Assembly (NCBI GenBank): GCA_036677365.1
Contig: JAVBWN010000016.1
Span: forward strand, 44,488-108,487
Direction: 5' to 3'
Length of the DNA stretch: 64,000 nt
Source of the DNA: Acholeplasma sp.
GTDB lineage: Bacteria; Bacillota_I; Bacilli_A; Acholeplasmatales; UBA5453
Every line of letters begins with the position of its first letter. The first letter of the stretch is position 1. Position numbers and translations under genes: made by a program. The notes below the pieces were generated by a model. That model saw nothing but the letters and a program-made list of their open reading frames with translations. It did not search any database and was not told the origin of the DNA. Shown one piece after another: positions 9,986 through 19,273 of the stretch.

Positions 9986-11110
9986 ATGAACATTTCACTT
10001 GTGATTGGAAAAAACATTCAAAAGCTCATGGAAAAAGAGAAGGTCTCGCTAAGACAGTTGAGTGAATCAATTGGCATTACTCATCCAACTTTAAGCCACT
10101 ATGTTGAAGGTAAACAAGCGATAGATAGCGAAAAACTGATGTTAATCGCGAAGTTTTTTAAGAAACCGTTTGACTATTTTTTTAAAGAAGATAACAAACA
10201 AATCACTTTTATGTTTAGAGCGGATAAAGCTAATAAGGATATACAAAATATTGATATAGAACATTTGTCAAATACCATATATTCCTATTTAGATGTAATC
10301 GGCGATGTTGGATACCAGTATATTCCCCAAAAATATCAACTTAACTTAAAAGAAGACAAAAAGAGTTTATTCAATTTGATTGCGAAAATAGCCTATGAAC
10401 AAAGAAAGTTTGCGAATATTGAAAACGTCATTCCAGATAACTACTTTGATGTCATACAAAGTATAGGCATCAATGTGATTGTCAAAGACTTTAAAAATGA
10501 TGCTTATTTCGGTGCGTCATCTTATTCGTCCGATTTAGGCAGCTACATCATGATTAATAACTCCGATAAGGTATCAGAAGAAAGAAAGATATTCTCTTTA
10601 ATTCATGAGTATGCACACTTATTATTCCATTCGGACCAATACTCTGATAGCCAGTTTAACGCGTTTTATTTAAACAGTAAAACCGATATTAACGAACAAA
10701 TCGCCAATAAGTTTGCTGGACATTTTTTGATGCCAAGACATTTAGTAGAATCATATATGACTTCTAGAAATAACGTGGATGCAATCGAAATGAAAAAGTA
10801 TTTTAAAGTGAGTATTCAAACCGTGTATGTCATGTTACATGAATATGGGTTTATTTCTAAAGAAGTCTATAATGATTTTTGGAGAAGAATTAACCTTAAT
10901 GGCTTTAAACAAGAAGAACCGTTCCCACTCGATAAGATTGATATTCAAGAAAAGAATGTCAAATTAGTCAACAGAATCAAAGATTTGTATTTTAATGAAG
11001 CAATCAGCGCGAATAAAATTTCTGAGGTACTCGGTATGGATACCTTAGAAACTAGAAAACTGTTGAAAGAGTGGAGAGATATGGATGAACGATATTTATC
11101 ACTCAAGTAA
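9986..11110 (+). CDS. XRE-family HTH fused to ImmA/IrrE (peptidase M78) metallopeptidase
   Basis: N-terminal HTH (SLRQLSESIGITHPTLSHYVEG); FSLIHEYAH zinc motif; EQIANKFAGHFLMP. Confidence 0.9.
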   Translation: MNISLVIGKNIQKLMEKEKVSLRQLSESIGITHPTLSHYVEGKQAIDSEKLMLIAKFFKKPFDYFFKEDNKQITFMFRADKANKDIQNIDIEHLSNTIYSYLDVIGDVGYQYIPQKYQLNLKEDKKSLFNLIAKIAYEQRKFANIENVIPDNYFDVIQSIGINVIVKDFKNDAYFGASSYSSDLGSYIMINNSDKVSEERKIFSLIHEYAHLLFHSDQYSDSQFNAFYLNSKTDINEQIANKFAGHFLMPRHLVESYMTSRNNVDAIEMKKYFKVSIQTVYVMLHEYGFISKEVYNDFWRRINLNGFKQEEPFPLDKIDIQEKNVKLVNRIKDLYFNEAISANKISEVLGMDTLETRKLLKEWRDMDERYLSLK

Positions 11111-11609
11111 CATTAGTGTGGTTGTAGATAATAACATTTTAGTGGATTTATATGAACTGAATTGCATTCACCTATTATTCTTAATCTTTGATATAGTCAT
11201 TATCCCTAAGATTATTTATGAAGATGAAATCACATCGGAGATTAAAGATATTCTAAAGACATATCCTATTGAAATAGGAGCTATTACGACAGAAATTGGG
11301 TTAGATGCATACGCTATACTTGTCTCGAATGAATCATTCAAAAGATTGTCAAGATACGATCGTTTTGCAATAGCGATCTCCAAAGAGAACCATTACTTTT
11401 GTAATAGTAATGACAAACTGGTTCGAAAAGCATGTGAGTATCTGGATGTAAAATATACAGGCATTCTAGGTATACTGGGAAGAGCTTATAAGAAAAATTG
11501 TATCTCAATAATTCAATTAAAATCGTATTTAGATGATTTAATATCGGATAGAACCTCTTGCTATATTGATAAAAAGATTGTAGATCAGTTTAAAATCGAA
11601 ATGGAATAA
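11085..11609 (+). CDS. PIN-domain protein (DUF3368-like)
   Basis: VVDNNILVD, SNDKLVRK, TGILGIL; overlaps the XRE/ImmA gene. Confidence 0.75.
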   Translation: MNDIYHSSNISVVVDNNILVDLYELNCIHLLFLIFDIVIIPKIIYEDEITSEIKDILKTYPIEIGAITTEIGLDAYAILVSNESFKRLSRYDRFAIAISKENHYFCNSNDKLVRKACEYLDVKYTGILGILGRAYKKNCISIIQLKSYLDDLISDRTSCYIDKKIVDQFKIEME

Positions 11610-11635
11610 TCACAATTTAATTTCGATGCAAACCT

Positions 11636-11671
11636 AAAAAACAGGACCCATTTTGATGTGTTCTGTTTTTT
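11636..11671 (+). terminator. Intrinsic terminator after the PIN gene
   Basis: AAAAAACAG...CTGTTTTTT imperfect hairpin. Confidence 0.6.
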
Positions 11672-11680
11672 CCTTTTATA

Positions 11681-11739
11681 TGAATACATAATACTGAAAC
11701 ACGATTCAGTGAATCATGATTCAGTAAAACACAATGACA
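11681..11739. repeat. Tandem ~15-bp imperfect palindromic repeats upstream of the recombinases
   Basis: TGAATACATAATAC / TGAAACACGATTCAG / TGAATCATGATTCAG / TAAAACACAATGACA; TGAATCATGATTCA is a perfect palindrome. Confidence 0.6.
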
Positions 11740-11806
11740 TTAAAGTAATTAATCATCGTCTAACTGTATTCATTATAGAAGAACATTTAAGATAGGAAAT
11801 ATAACC

Positions 11807-12790
11807 ATGAACGAACACCCTTTAGAACTGTTAATCCAACAATACCTCGTTGAAAAAGACATCACTCAAGGCACCTATGATCTTTTCAAAATCATTCTCG
11901 ACCAATATGTTACCTATTTGAGAGAATATAACATAGACTTTCCGAATACATCGGATGTCATCGCGTTTCTAGAATGGAAGAAAAGTGAGGGTTGTTCAAT
12001 CCGCTGGACCAACCATCAAATTGGGACCTTAAAAAACTTTTACAGGTATTTATGTTTGAATCAACAGCGCTTAGGTTTACCTGAAGCGTATGCCTATGAT
12101 ATCATGCAACCAATCCAGCGGGAGACTTTAGACCATAATGAATTTAAACCCACCTTATCTACTGAACAAGCCAAACAGCTGTTATTGTATTGTAAGGAAC
12201 GTAGAGATACTCGCTCACAATACCGTGATTACGCCATCGTTTATCTAATGCTCACCACCGGTGTGAGAAGCGTTGAGGTCAGACGGGCGAAACGAAAAGA
12301 TTTAAAACGGATCCAACAACAATTGGTCTTATACATCCAAGGAAAAGGCAGAACTGCACCCGATGCGTATGTAAAAATTCCAAAGGGTTTAGAAGTGGCC
12401 ATAAACGACTATTTATCCTTAAGGAAAGACATCAATCCTTTTCTATTTATTGGTCATTCTAGACATCAAACCACGCCTTACTTATCGCGCTCTTTCGTGA
12501 TTAAAATGTTTAAACAGTTGATGAAAGATGCCGGATTAGAAGAAACCCAAGTGACTGCCCATAGCTTACGACATACCGCTGCGACCATCAATCTATTACG
12601 TGGTGGGTCATTAGAATCGACTAGACAACTTTTAAGACACGAAAATGTAACAACAACCATGATATATGCCCACCACGTCGGTCCAATGACAGGAGAACCA
12701 GAAAACGAAATCGAACGTCTGATTTTAAAGGATGATGAAACCAATAAGGAGGTATCGGATGCATCGACACCCATTAGAAGCCTTAAGTGA
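11807..12790 (+). CDS. Tyrosine recombinase (XerC/D-like), catalytic residues intact
   Basis: TTGVRSVE (Arg), QGKG (Lys), HSLRH, RHENVTTTMIY (His, Tyr). Confidence 0.93.
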   Translation: MNEHPLELLIQQYLVEKDITQGTYDLFKIILDQYVTYLREYNIDFPNTSDVIAFLEWKKSEGCSIRWTNHQIGTLKNFYRYLCLNQQRLGLPEAYAYDIMQPIQRETLDHNEFKPTLSTEQAKQLLLYCKERRDTRSQYRDYAIVYLMLTTGVRSVEVRRAKRKDLKRIQQQLVLYIQGKGRTAPDAYVKIPKGLEVAINDYLSLRKDINPFLFIGHSRHQTTPYLSRSFVIKMFKQLMKDAGLEETQVTAHSLRHTAATINLLRGGSLESTRQLLRHENVTTTMIYAHHVGPMTGEPENEIERLILKDDETNKEVSDASTPIRSLK

Positions 12791-13730
12791 ACAGTATTTA
12801 GCGGAGAAAAAGTTGTCGCCTTCGAGCTTAAAATCGTACCGAATCTCATTTAAACACTACATAGCATACCTAAAACAATACGACATTTTATACCCGACAA
12901 CGGGTGATGTGATTAAGTACCGACAACATAAAAGAGACATCGGGTGTTCAACCTACTACATTCATGTCCATATATCCGCACTTAAGGGTTTATACAAGTA
13001 TTTGAGTCTAAATCAAAAAAGATTAGCCATACCAGAGGTTTATGCCCATGACATCCTGGGTCCGATTAAGGGTGAACAGATTAAGCGTCAAATGACCAAA
13101 CCGGTGTTAACGATTGAAGAAGCGAGACATCTGATTTTGTTTACCAAACAACAACGACAGTTTATTTGGCACTACAGAAATCACGCAATCATCTCGTTGA
13201 TGTTGACATCAGGGCTATCGGTTCATCAGGTTGTACACGCAAAAAGGGCGGATTTTATCGAGGAAGCAGGTACGTATGTCCTTTATATCGCACGAAAAAC
13301 CAGTCAAACCAAAGATAGAATTAAACCATCGAAAGGCACCACCCTAGCCATCCTTGATTATTTATCCAAACGTCATGACGATAACCCGTACTTGTTTTGT
13401 GCCCACAAAAACAAGCAAACCCTAAACCCATTAGAACGGATGTTTTTCTATACCATGTTTCACCGCGTTTTAAAAGAAACCAACTTAGAACATACCGGCA
13501 TTACGCCTTACTGTTTGAGACATACCGCTGCGTTATTCAATTTAGAACGCGGTGGTTCGATTGAACAAACCAAAGCGTTGTTGGGCCATGTGAGTATCAA
13601 ATCTACTTTGGTTTATCAAGCGTATTTAGACCGTTTGAAAAACGACGCTGAACAACAAATTGAATCGATGCTCATCCATGAAGATACGGCTTTAGAGGAT
13701 ACATTTTTACCCTATATATCATTCGAATAA
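12759..13730 (+). CDS. Second tyrosine recombinase paralogue with degenerate active site
   Basis: Co-linear with the upstream enzyme (HPLE..QYL.EK; YL.LNQ.RL..PE.YA.DI); TSGLSV, YCLRH, GHVSIKSTLVY; ATG 12759 follows AGGAGGT. Confidence 0.88.
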   Translation: MHRHPLEALSEQYLAEKKLSPSSLKSYRISFKHYIAYLKQYDILYPTTGDVIKYRQHKRDIGCSTYYIHVHISALKGLYKYLSLNQKRLAIPEVYAHDILGPIKGEQIKRQMTKPVLTIEEARHLILFTKQQRQFIWHYRNHAIISLMLTSGLSVHQVVHAKRADFIEEAGTYVLYIARKTSQTKDRIKPSKGTTLAILDYLSKRHDDNPYLFCAHKNKQTLNPLERMFFYTMFHRVLKETNLEHTGITPYCLRHTAALFNLERGGSIEQTKALLGHVSIKSTLVYQAYLDRLKNDAEQQIESMLIHEDTALEDTFLPYISFE

Positions 13731-13766
13731 CTCAAGTTCTATTTAGAATTAGGGTACATATAAACC

Positions 13767-13796
13767 TAGCACTTAAACCCCATAAGTGCTATTTTT
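13767..13796 (+). terminator. Intrinsic terminator after the recombinase pair
   Basis: TAGCACTTA-AACCCCA-TAAGTGCTA-TTTTT. Confidence 0.7.
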
Positions 13797-13833
13797 CGCG
13801 TGATTTAGGCATCTAGAAAGAGTTCAGAAAGCA

Positions 13834-13922
13834 TTTGTTCAAATTTCGAACAAAAGTTGGATTTTTCTCTTGTCATTTGATAAGGTTATGGTGTAAAATA
13901 GGATTATTCAATAATCGAACAA
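13834..13922 (+). promoter_or_regulatory. Polysaccharide operon promoter flanked by two operator copies
   Basis: -35 TTGTCA (13870), -10 TAAAAT (13894); TTGTTCAAATTTCGAACAA (13835) and TTATTCAATAATCGAACAA (13904). Confidence 0.65.
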
Positions 13923-13936
13923 TGGATGGTGACCCG

Positions 13937-14557
13937 ATGAACGATAACGCATTCTTTAAACCGACAATTCTTTATAAAGAATATATGGTCTTAGACCTCA
14001 TTGAAAAAAACCCTAAAATTACCCAAAGGGAAATGAGTAAGTTGATAGGGGTTGCTGTGTCTATGATCAACGACTACTTGGAAGAATTCGAGAAAAAAGG
14101 CCTCATTAAAAAGAAGAAATACTCAACCAAAACCGTTGAGTATTTAATCACGAAAAAAGGGACTGAAAAGAAAAAAGTCTTAAACATTGGGTATTTAAAC
14201 TCAACCAAAGACTTATACTTCCAAGCGAAAGAGAACTTCGAGAAGTTCTTAGCTCAAGTCAAAGACAAAGGCTTTAACAACATCCTTTTATACGGTGCTG
14301 GTGAAGTCGCAGAAATGTTGTTACATACCATCATGACCAGCAAGACCAATGAAGTAAATGTCTTAGCGGTCATTGATGATGATCCGAATAAAATCGGATC
14401 TAAGATTGGTAATTATGTCATTATTCCTAAAGAAAGTATTCGAGACTTTGACCATGATGGTATCTTGGTATCTACATACAATCGTAAGGATGAGATTAAA
14501 GCCAAGTTATTAAAGATTGATTATCCAATCGAAAATATTATCGAGTTTTTTGAGTAA
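13937..14557 (+). CDS. EPS-associated MarR-like winged-helix regulator with C-terminal Rossmann-like domain
   Basis: NPKITQREMSKLIGVAVSMINDYL, YLITKKG, LLYGAGEVA, AVIDDD; first gene of the operon. Confidence 0.8.
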   Translation: MNDNAFFKPTILYKEYMVLDLIEKNPKITQREMSKLIGVAVSMINDYLEEFEKKGLIKKKKYSTKTVEYLITKKGTEKKKVLNIGYLNSTKDLYFQAKENFEKFLAQVKDKGFNNILLYGAGEVAEMLLHTIMTSKTNEVNVLAVIDDDPNKIGSKIGNYVIIPKESIRDFDHDGILVSTYNRKDEIKAKLLKIDYPIENIIEFFE

Positions 14558-14578
14558 AAAGAGGTAAAAACAACAACT

Positions 14579-15172
14579 ATGTTCTATTTAAAGTTTAAAC
14601 GTTTTTATGATACAGTATTAGCTTTCATTGGTTTAATTGTATTATCCCCACTATTCTTAATATTAATGATCTTAATCAAACTAGATTCAAAAGGACCGAT
14701 TCTATTTAAACAAAAGAGAATTGGTAGACATAAAAAGCATTTCTATATCTTAAAGTTTAGAACCATGCGTATCGATACACCTAAAGATACACCAACCCAT
14801 ATGTTGGAAAATCCACAACAATGGATTACTAAGGTAGGTAAGTTCTTAAGAAAGACAAGCTTAGATGAGCTACCTCAAATCATCAATATCCTAAAAGGTG
14901 ATATGTCTATTATCGGACCTAGACCCGCATTATGGAATCAATACGATTTGATGGATGAAAGAGATAAGTATGGTGTTCACAGTCTATATCCAGGATTAAC
15001 TGGTTACGCACAAATCAATGGTAGAGATGAACTCCCTATCCCTGAAAAAGCAAAACTAGATGGCTATTATGTAGAACATATTAGTTTTTGGTTAGATATC
15101 AAAATATTTTTTGGCACAATTAAAAGCATTATAAAATCTGAAGGAATCGTTGAAGGAGTTAAACATGATTGA
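14579..15172 (+). CDS. Priming sugar-phosphate transferase
   Basis: KRFYD, GPILFKQKRIG, KFRTM, RKTSLDELPQ, GDMSIIGPRP, PGLTGYAQINGR. Confidence 0.92.
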   Translation: MFYLKFKRFYDTVLAFIGLIVLSPLFLILMILIKLDSKGPILFKQKRIGRHKKHFYILKFRTMRIDTPKDTPTHMLENPQQWITKVGKFLRKTSLDELPQIINILKGDMSIIGPRPALWNQYDLMDERDKYGVHSLYPGLTGYAQINGRDELPIPEKAKLDGYYVEHISFWLDIKIFFGTIKSIIKSEGIVEGVKHD

Positions 15173-16055
15173 TATTTCTAATACTCGCCCATTAGTATCC
15201 GTTATTATTCCGACGTACAAACAAGAGAAACTTCTTATTAATGCTATTAGTTCAGTTTTAGCACAATCTTACCGAAATATTGAACTAATCGTTGTAGATG
15301 ATAATTCTGATGAATCAAATATATCAATAAAAAGTATAATTGAACAAATTAACGACAAGAGACTCATATATATTAAAAACACTGTTAATCTAGGTTCAGC
15401 AAGGACTAGAAATGTAGGAATAAATTTTTCAAAAGGTGAGTATATTACTTTTTTAGATGATGATGATGAGTATTATCCGGATAAAGTTTACACACAATTA
15501 AGCGAAATGATGAAAAATAACTCTGATTACTCTACGACAAATATGTTATTAGTGAATGATAAAAGTGAAGTTATTGGTAAAAGAGAAAGAAGACAAATTA
15601 AAAAATGCAAATCCCTTTTCATTTATCATATGCTTTACCACCTAACGGGTACGTCAACAATGATGTATAAAAGAAATTTTTTATTTCGAATCGGGCTATT
15701 CAACTCTATTGATATAGGTGATGAATTTTACTTAATTCAACGTTCAATTGAGGCAAATGGTTCATTTACACATGTAGATAAAATCCTTGTTAGTGCTCTT
15801 GTTCATAAACCGGGATCTGGATTATCTTTAGGAGATAAAAGGCGAAATGGTGAAATAACGTTATTCAATTTTAAGAAGAGATATTTTGATAAACTATCAA
15901 TATATCAAAGACAGTTTGTTAGAATGAGACATCATTTAGTAATGGCCAGAATTCATCTCAAAAATAATGAAAAATCCAAATTTGCAATATTTCTTACTCT
16001 TGCTTTTTTTAGTAATCCAATAGGTTTTTTTGATTTTATTGTTAGGGGTATTTAA
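15165..16055 (+). CDS. Glycosyltransferase family 2
   Basis: VSVIIPTY, VVDDNS, RNVGI, FLDDDD. Confidence 0.9.
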   Translation: MIDISNTRPLVSVIIPTYKQEKLLINAISSVLAQSYRNIELIVVDDNSDESNISIKSIIEQINDKRLIYIKNTVNLGSARTRNVGINFSKGEYITFLDDDDEYYPDKVYTQLSEMMKNNSDYSTTNMLLVNDKSEVIGKRERRQIKKCKSLFIYHMLYHLTGTSTMMYKRNFLFRIGLFNSIDIGDEFYLIQRSIEANGSFTHVDKILVSALVHKPGSGLSLGDKRRNGEITLFNFKKRYFDKLSIYQRQFVRMRHHLVMARIHLKNNEKSKFAIFLTLAFFSNPIGFFDFIVRGI

Positions 16056-16056
16056 T

Positions 16057-17256
16057 GTGAACATATTATTTATATCCGGTGTTTTTGATAATAAAACTAA
16101 GGATTACATAGAAAATAACAACAAAGGATATCTTGAGTATTCTGCTAATAACTTCCAAATAAATATCATAAAAGGTTTGGTTGAAAACGGACACAATGTA
16201 AAAATTATTTCAGCACCATTTTGTGGATCATGGCCTCAAAGTTCTAAGATTGTTATGTTCAAAAATAATATAGAAAACGGCGGAGTAATTAAATATGCTA
16301 AGTTCTTTAATATATGGGGGATTAGGCAAATTAGTAGGTATTTGTCAATTAGAAAAATGATATTGCAATACCCAGGATATGATTGTGTTTTAGTCTATTC
16401 AGCACATAATCCATTTCTAAAAGCCGGATTAAAATATAAAGAAAAGAATAAATCTCTTTTATGCAATATTGTTCCCGATTTGCCAGAATACATGAGTTTG
16501 AAGACGAAAAAAACACTAATATATAGATTTTTTAAACAATTCGATATTTCAAACTATTACAAAATGTCAAAGGCATTCGATTCATTTGTAGTTTTAACAA
16601 GTCAAATGGCTGATAGAATAATGCGCAATACGAAGAAAAGACCTTACATAGTACTAGAGGGTATTACTAATGAATTGATTGATAACAAGCTACCAGCTGA
16701 TTTTGGTGATTATATTCAACTTAGCTATGCGGGTAAGCTAGATATCTCTTTCGGTGTAAAAAAATTAATTGAAGCATTTCAAAATATTAAATCTGATAAA
16801 CTCATTTTAAATTTGTGTGGTTCGGGTGAATTGAACGATTATATAATTAAAGCTTCAAAATCGGACATTAGGATTAAATACCATGGATTCTTAAGTTACG
16901 ATAAAGTTAAAGAAATTTTGAAGCAATCTGATATTTTAATAAATCCAAGGAGTGATGTGTCGGACTTTTCAATGTTCTCTTTCCCTTCAAAAAACATTGA
17001 ATATATGTCATTATCAAAACCTGTAATTTGTTCAAAACTTAGCGGAATGGATGATACTTATAATAATTTTATTTTTAGACTCGATGATAATTCTGTAGAA
17101 AATCTTCAGAAAGCTATAGAGAGAGTCATTAATAGCAATAAGAATATCATTGATGAAAAAATTAACAATGCTACAGCCTACATTAATCAAAATTTATACT
17201 ATAAAAATGCAACGCTAAGAATAATTGATTTAATTAAAAGGAGTAACTACAAATGA
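16057..17256 (+). CDS. Glycosyltransferase family 4 (GT-B)
   Basis: YAGKL, CGSGE, INPR, FPSKNIEYM; GTG start approximate. Confidence 0.8.
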   Translation: MNILFISGVFDNKTKDYIENNNKGYLEYSANNFQINIIKGLVENGHNVKIISAPFCGSWPQSSKIVMFKNNIENGGVIKYAKFFNIWGIRQISRYLSIRKMILQYPGYDCVLVYSAHNPFLKAGLKYKEKNKSLLCNIVPDLPEYMSLKTKKTLIYRFFKQFDISNYYKMSKAFDSFVVLTSQMADRIMRNTKKRPYIVLEGITNELIDNKLPADFGDYIQLSYAGKLDISFGVKKLIEAFQNIKSDKLILNLCGSGELNDYIIKASKSDIRIKYHGFLSYDKVKEILKQSDILINPRSDVSDFSMFSFPSKNIEYMSLSKPVICSKLSGMDDTYNNFIFRLDDNSVENLQKAIERVINSNKNIIDEKINNATAYINQNLYYKNATLRIIDLIKRSNYK

Positions 17257-18191
17257 TTTTATATTTCATAATGTATCCATTTGAATTTTTGATGAGGATA
17301 TTTCGAAAAATAATTGGACACAGAAGATTTAAGAGAATGTTTTACTGTGGACAAATAGTTATGACTAAAAAAAGAACAAATGAATACATACGGCAACTCA
17401 TAAGAAGTAATAAACCATTTTTAGTATGCCGTTTTGGTGATGCTGAACTAAAAACAATTGTTCAAAGCTTGGAGATAGGTTTTAATATCAGAAAAGATTT
17501 CGATGAAAATCTCAAAAGAGTTATGCATCTCAATGCAGGATTTTTTCCACCGGAAACTGACAATTTAATTATGTTTTCGAATATGATGCTAGAATCAATT
17601 GGAGATGTGGATGTGTTTGGAGTTTGGTTTAATTTTATGGAAAACTATGTCATTAAAAGGTATTCGAATAATTTCAAACTTTCATATTTGGAAGATTTGG
17701 AACCATATAGATGTACATTACCATGGTCGGCAGAGTTAAAAGGAAAAAAAATTTTAGTAGTACATCCATTTTCTGAATCAATTAATCAACAATTCATGAT
17801 TAAGGAAAAACTTTTTACAAATACGCAGGTACTTCCTGACTTTCACCTTATAACATATAAATCAGTACAAACCAATGCAGGCTCTTCTACATCATTCAAT
17901 AGTTGGTTCGAGGCACTTGAATTTATGTTTGATGAAATCAAATTTATTGATTTTGATATCGCAATTGTTGGTTGCGGATCTTATGGATTGCCACTTTCAG
18001 CAAAAATAAGGAAAATGGGAAAAGGTGTAATTCACTTAGCAGGCGCTACACAAATTATGTTTGGTATAAGAGGATCTCGATGGGATATTAGAAAAGACAT
18101 GAGTAATATGTTTAACGAACATTGGATTAGACCAAATAGTAACGAGAAACCGAAAGATGCTAGTAAGGTTGAAGGAGGATGCTATTGGTGA
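17253..18191 (+). CDS. Conserved polysaccharide-locus protein, possible glycosyltransferase
   Basis: RFGDAE, LKGKKILVVHPF, DIAIVGCGSYGLP, GGCYW; operon context. Confidence 0.55.
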   Translation: MILYFIMYPFEFLMRIFRKIIGHRRFKRMFYCGQIVMTKKRTNEYIRQLIRSNKPFLVCRFGDAELKTIVQSLEIGFNIRKDFDENLKRVMHLNAGFFPPETDNLIMFSNMMLESIGDVDVFGVWFNFMENYVIKRYSNNFKLSYLEDLEPYRCTLPWSAELKGKKILVVHPFSESINQQFMIKEKLFTNTQVLPDFHLITYKSVQTNAGSSTSFNSWFEALEFMFDEIKFIDFDIAIVGCGSYGLPLSAKIRKMGKGVIHLAGATQIMFGIRGSRWDIRKDMSNMFNEHWIRPNSNEKPKDASKVEGGCYW

Positions 18192-19273
18192 ACAAAGATA
18201 ATCGTCTGAAAGTTGCTCAGGTTGTAATCAATCCCAAAAGAGGTGGTGGCGTTTCTACTGAGTACCAAAGTCTAATGACTTCAAGTATCAGTGAAAAAGT
18301 TAAATTATTACCAATTATACTACCAGTTTCACACAAAGGTATTAATCTTAGAGATATACGATATTATTATAAGGAATTGAAGAATAGTGATTATGACATC
18401 GTTCATATTAGAGGCGCTGGTACTGATTCGTTAAATGCAATAATTGCAGCAAAACTACTGAATAAGGGTAAAATATATACTGTTGTTCATGGATTATATA
18501 GTGAAATAATTTATAGGAATAAAATAAAAAAGTTATTAAACAAATACTTAATAGAGAACATCATTTTCTACTTATCTGACTACATATCGTTTTTATATAA
18601 TAATCACAAATATGAATACAAATTGAGAAAAAAAATACTAAATAATGTATATAACATGTATCCCTATATGGATTCATACGATGATAAAGCTGTAACTGAA
18701 TTAAGAAATAAACTTGGGATCAGTATTAATGATTTTGTTGTTTTATATGTAGGTAGAATTACTATAGAAAAAGGACTAAGATATCTAAGTAGTGCAATAC
18801 TAGATAGAGACATTAAATCTATTGATAATATCAAATTTATTTTTGTTGGAGATGGACCATACAAAGAACAAATGGTCACACTTTTAAGTGAAGAAATCGA
18901 TAAGAAAAGAGCAATATTCATTGGTAATACCGATAATGTAGCCAATTACTATTATCTTTCTAACATTTTTATTAATCCTTCTCTACATGAGAATCATTCA
19001 ATATCAATTCTAGAGGCAATAAAAACACAAACACCGGTCATAGTAACAAATGTCGGGGGAAACCAAGAAACTGTGATTAATGGTGAATATGGAATTATTA
19101 TATCACCGCATAGTGTTAATGATATTATAAGCGCTATTATTCAATTATTAGACATTAAAACATTTGAAAAATATAAAAAAAACATGTGTGTATTGGATAA
19201 TCGTTTCACACAAGATGAAGTAATTAAAGTTTTGTATGGAAATTATATTGAGATTATGAGGAGTAAAAAATGA
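18179..19273 (+). CDS. Glycosyltransferase family 4
   Basis: YVGRITIEKG, VGDGP, PSLHENHSISILEA, TNVGG. Confidence 0.9.
   Translation: MLLVNKDNRLKVAQVVINPKRGGGVSTEYQSLMTSSISEKVKLLPIILPVSHKGINLRDIRYYYKELKNSDYDIVHIRGAGTDSLNAIIAAKLLNKGKIYTVVHGLYSEIIYRNKIKKLLNKYLIENIIFYLSDYISFLYNNHKYEYKLRKKILNNVYNMYPYMDSYDDKAVTELRNKLGISINDFVVLYVGRITIEKGLRYLSSAILDRDIKSIDNIKFIFVGDGPYKEQMVTLLSEEIDKKRAIFIGNTDNVANYYYLSNIFINPSLHENHSISILEAIKTQTPVIVTNVGGNQETVINGEYGIIISPHSVNDIISAIIQLLDIKTFEKYKKNMCVLDNRFTQDEVIKVLYGNYIEIMRSKK

Noticed and set aside
6022..11806. Classical integron cassette array
   Set aside because: No repeated attC-like sites were seen between the genes, and no IntI-specific insertion was recognised in the recombinases
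13834..13922. LexA (SOS) box
   Set aside because: Arrangement is GTTC-N7-GAAC, not the Firmicute GAAC-N4-GTTC
13730..13936. Invertible promoter driven by the recombinases
   Set aside because: The two motif copies share their asymmetric cores in direct orientation and look like operators; no long flanking inverted repeats were found
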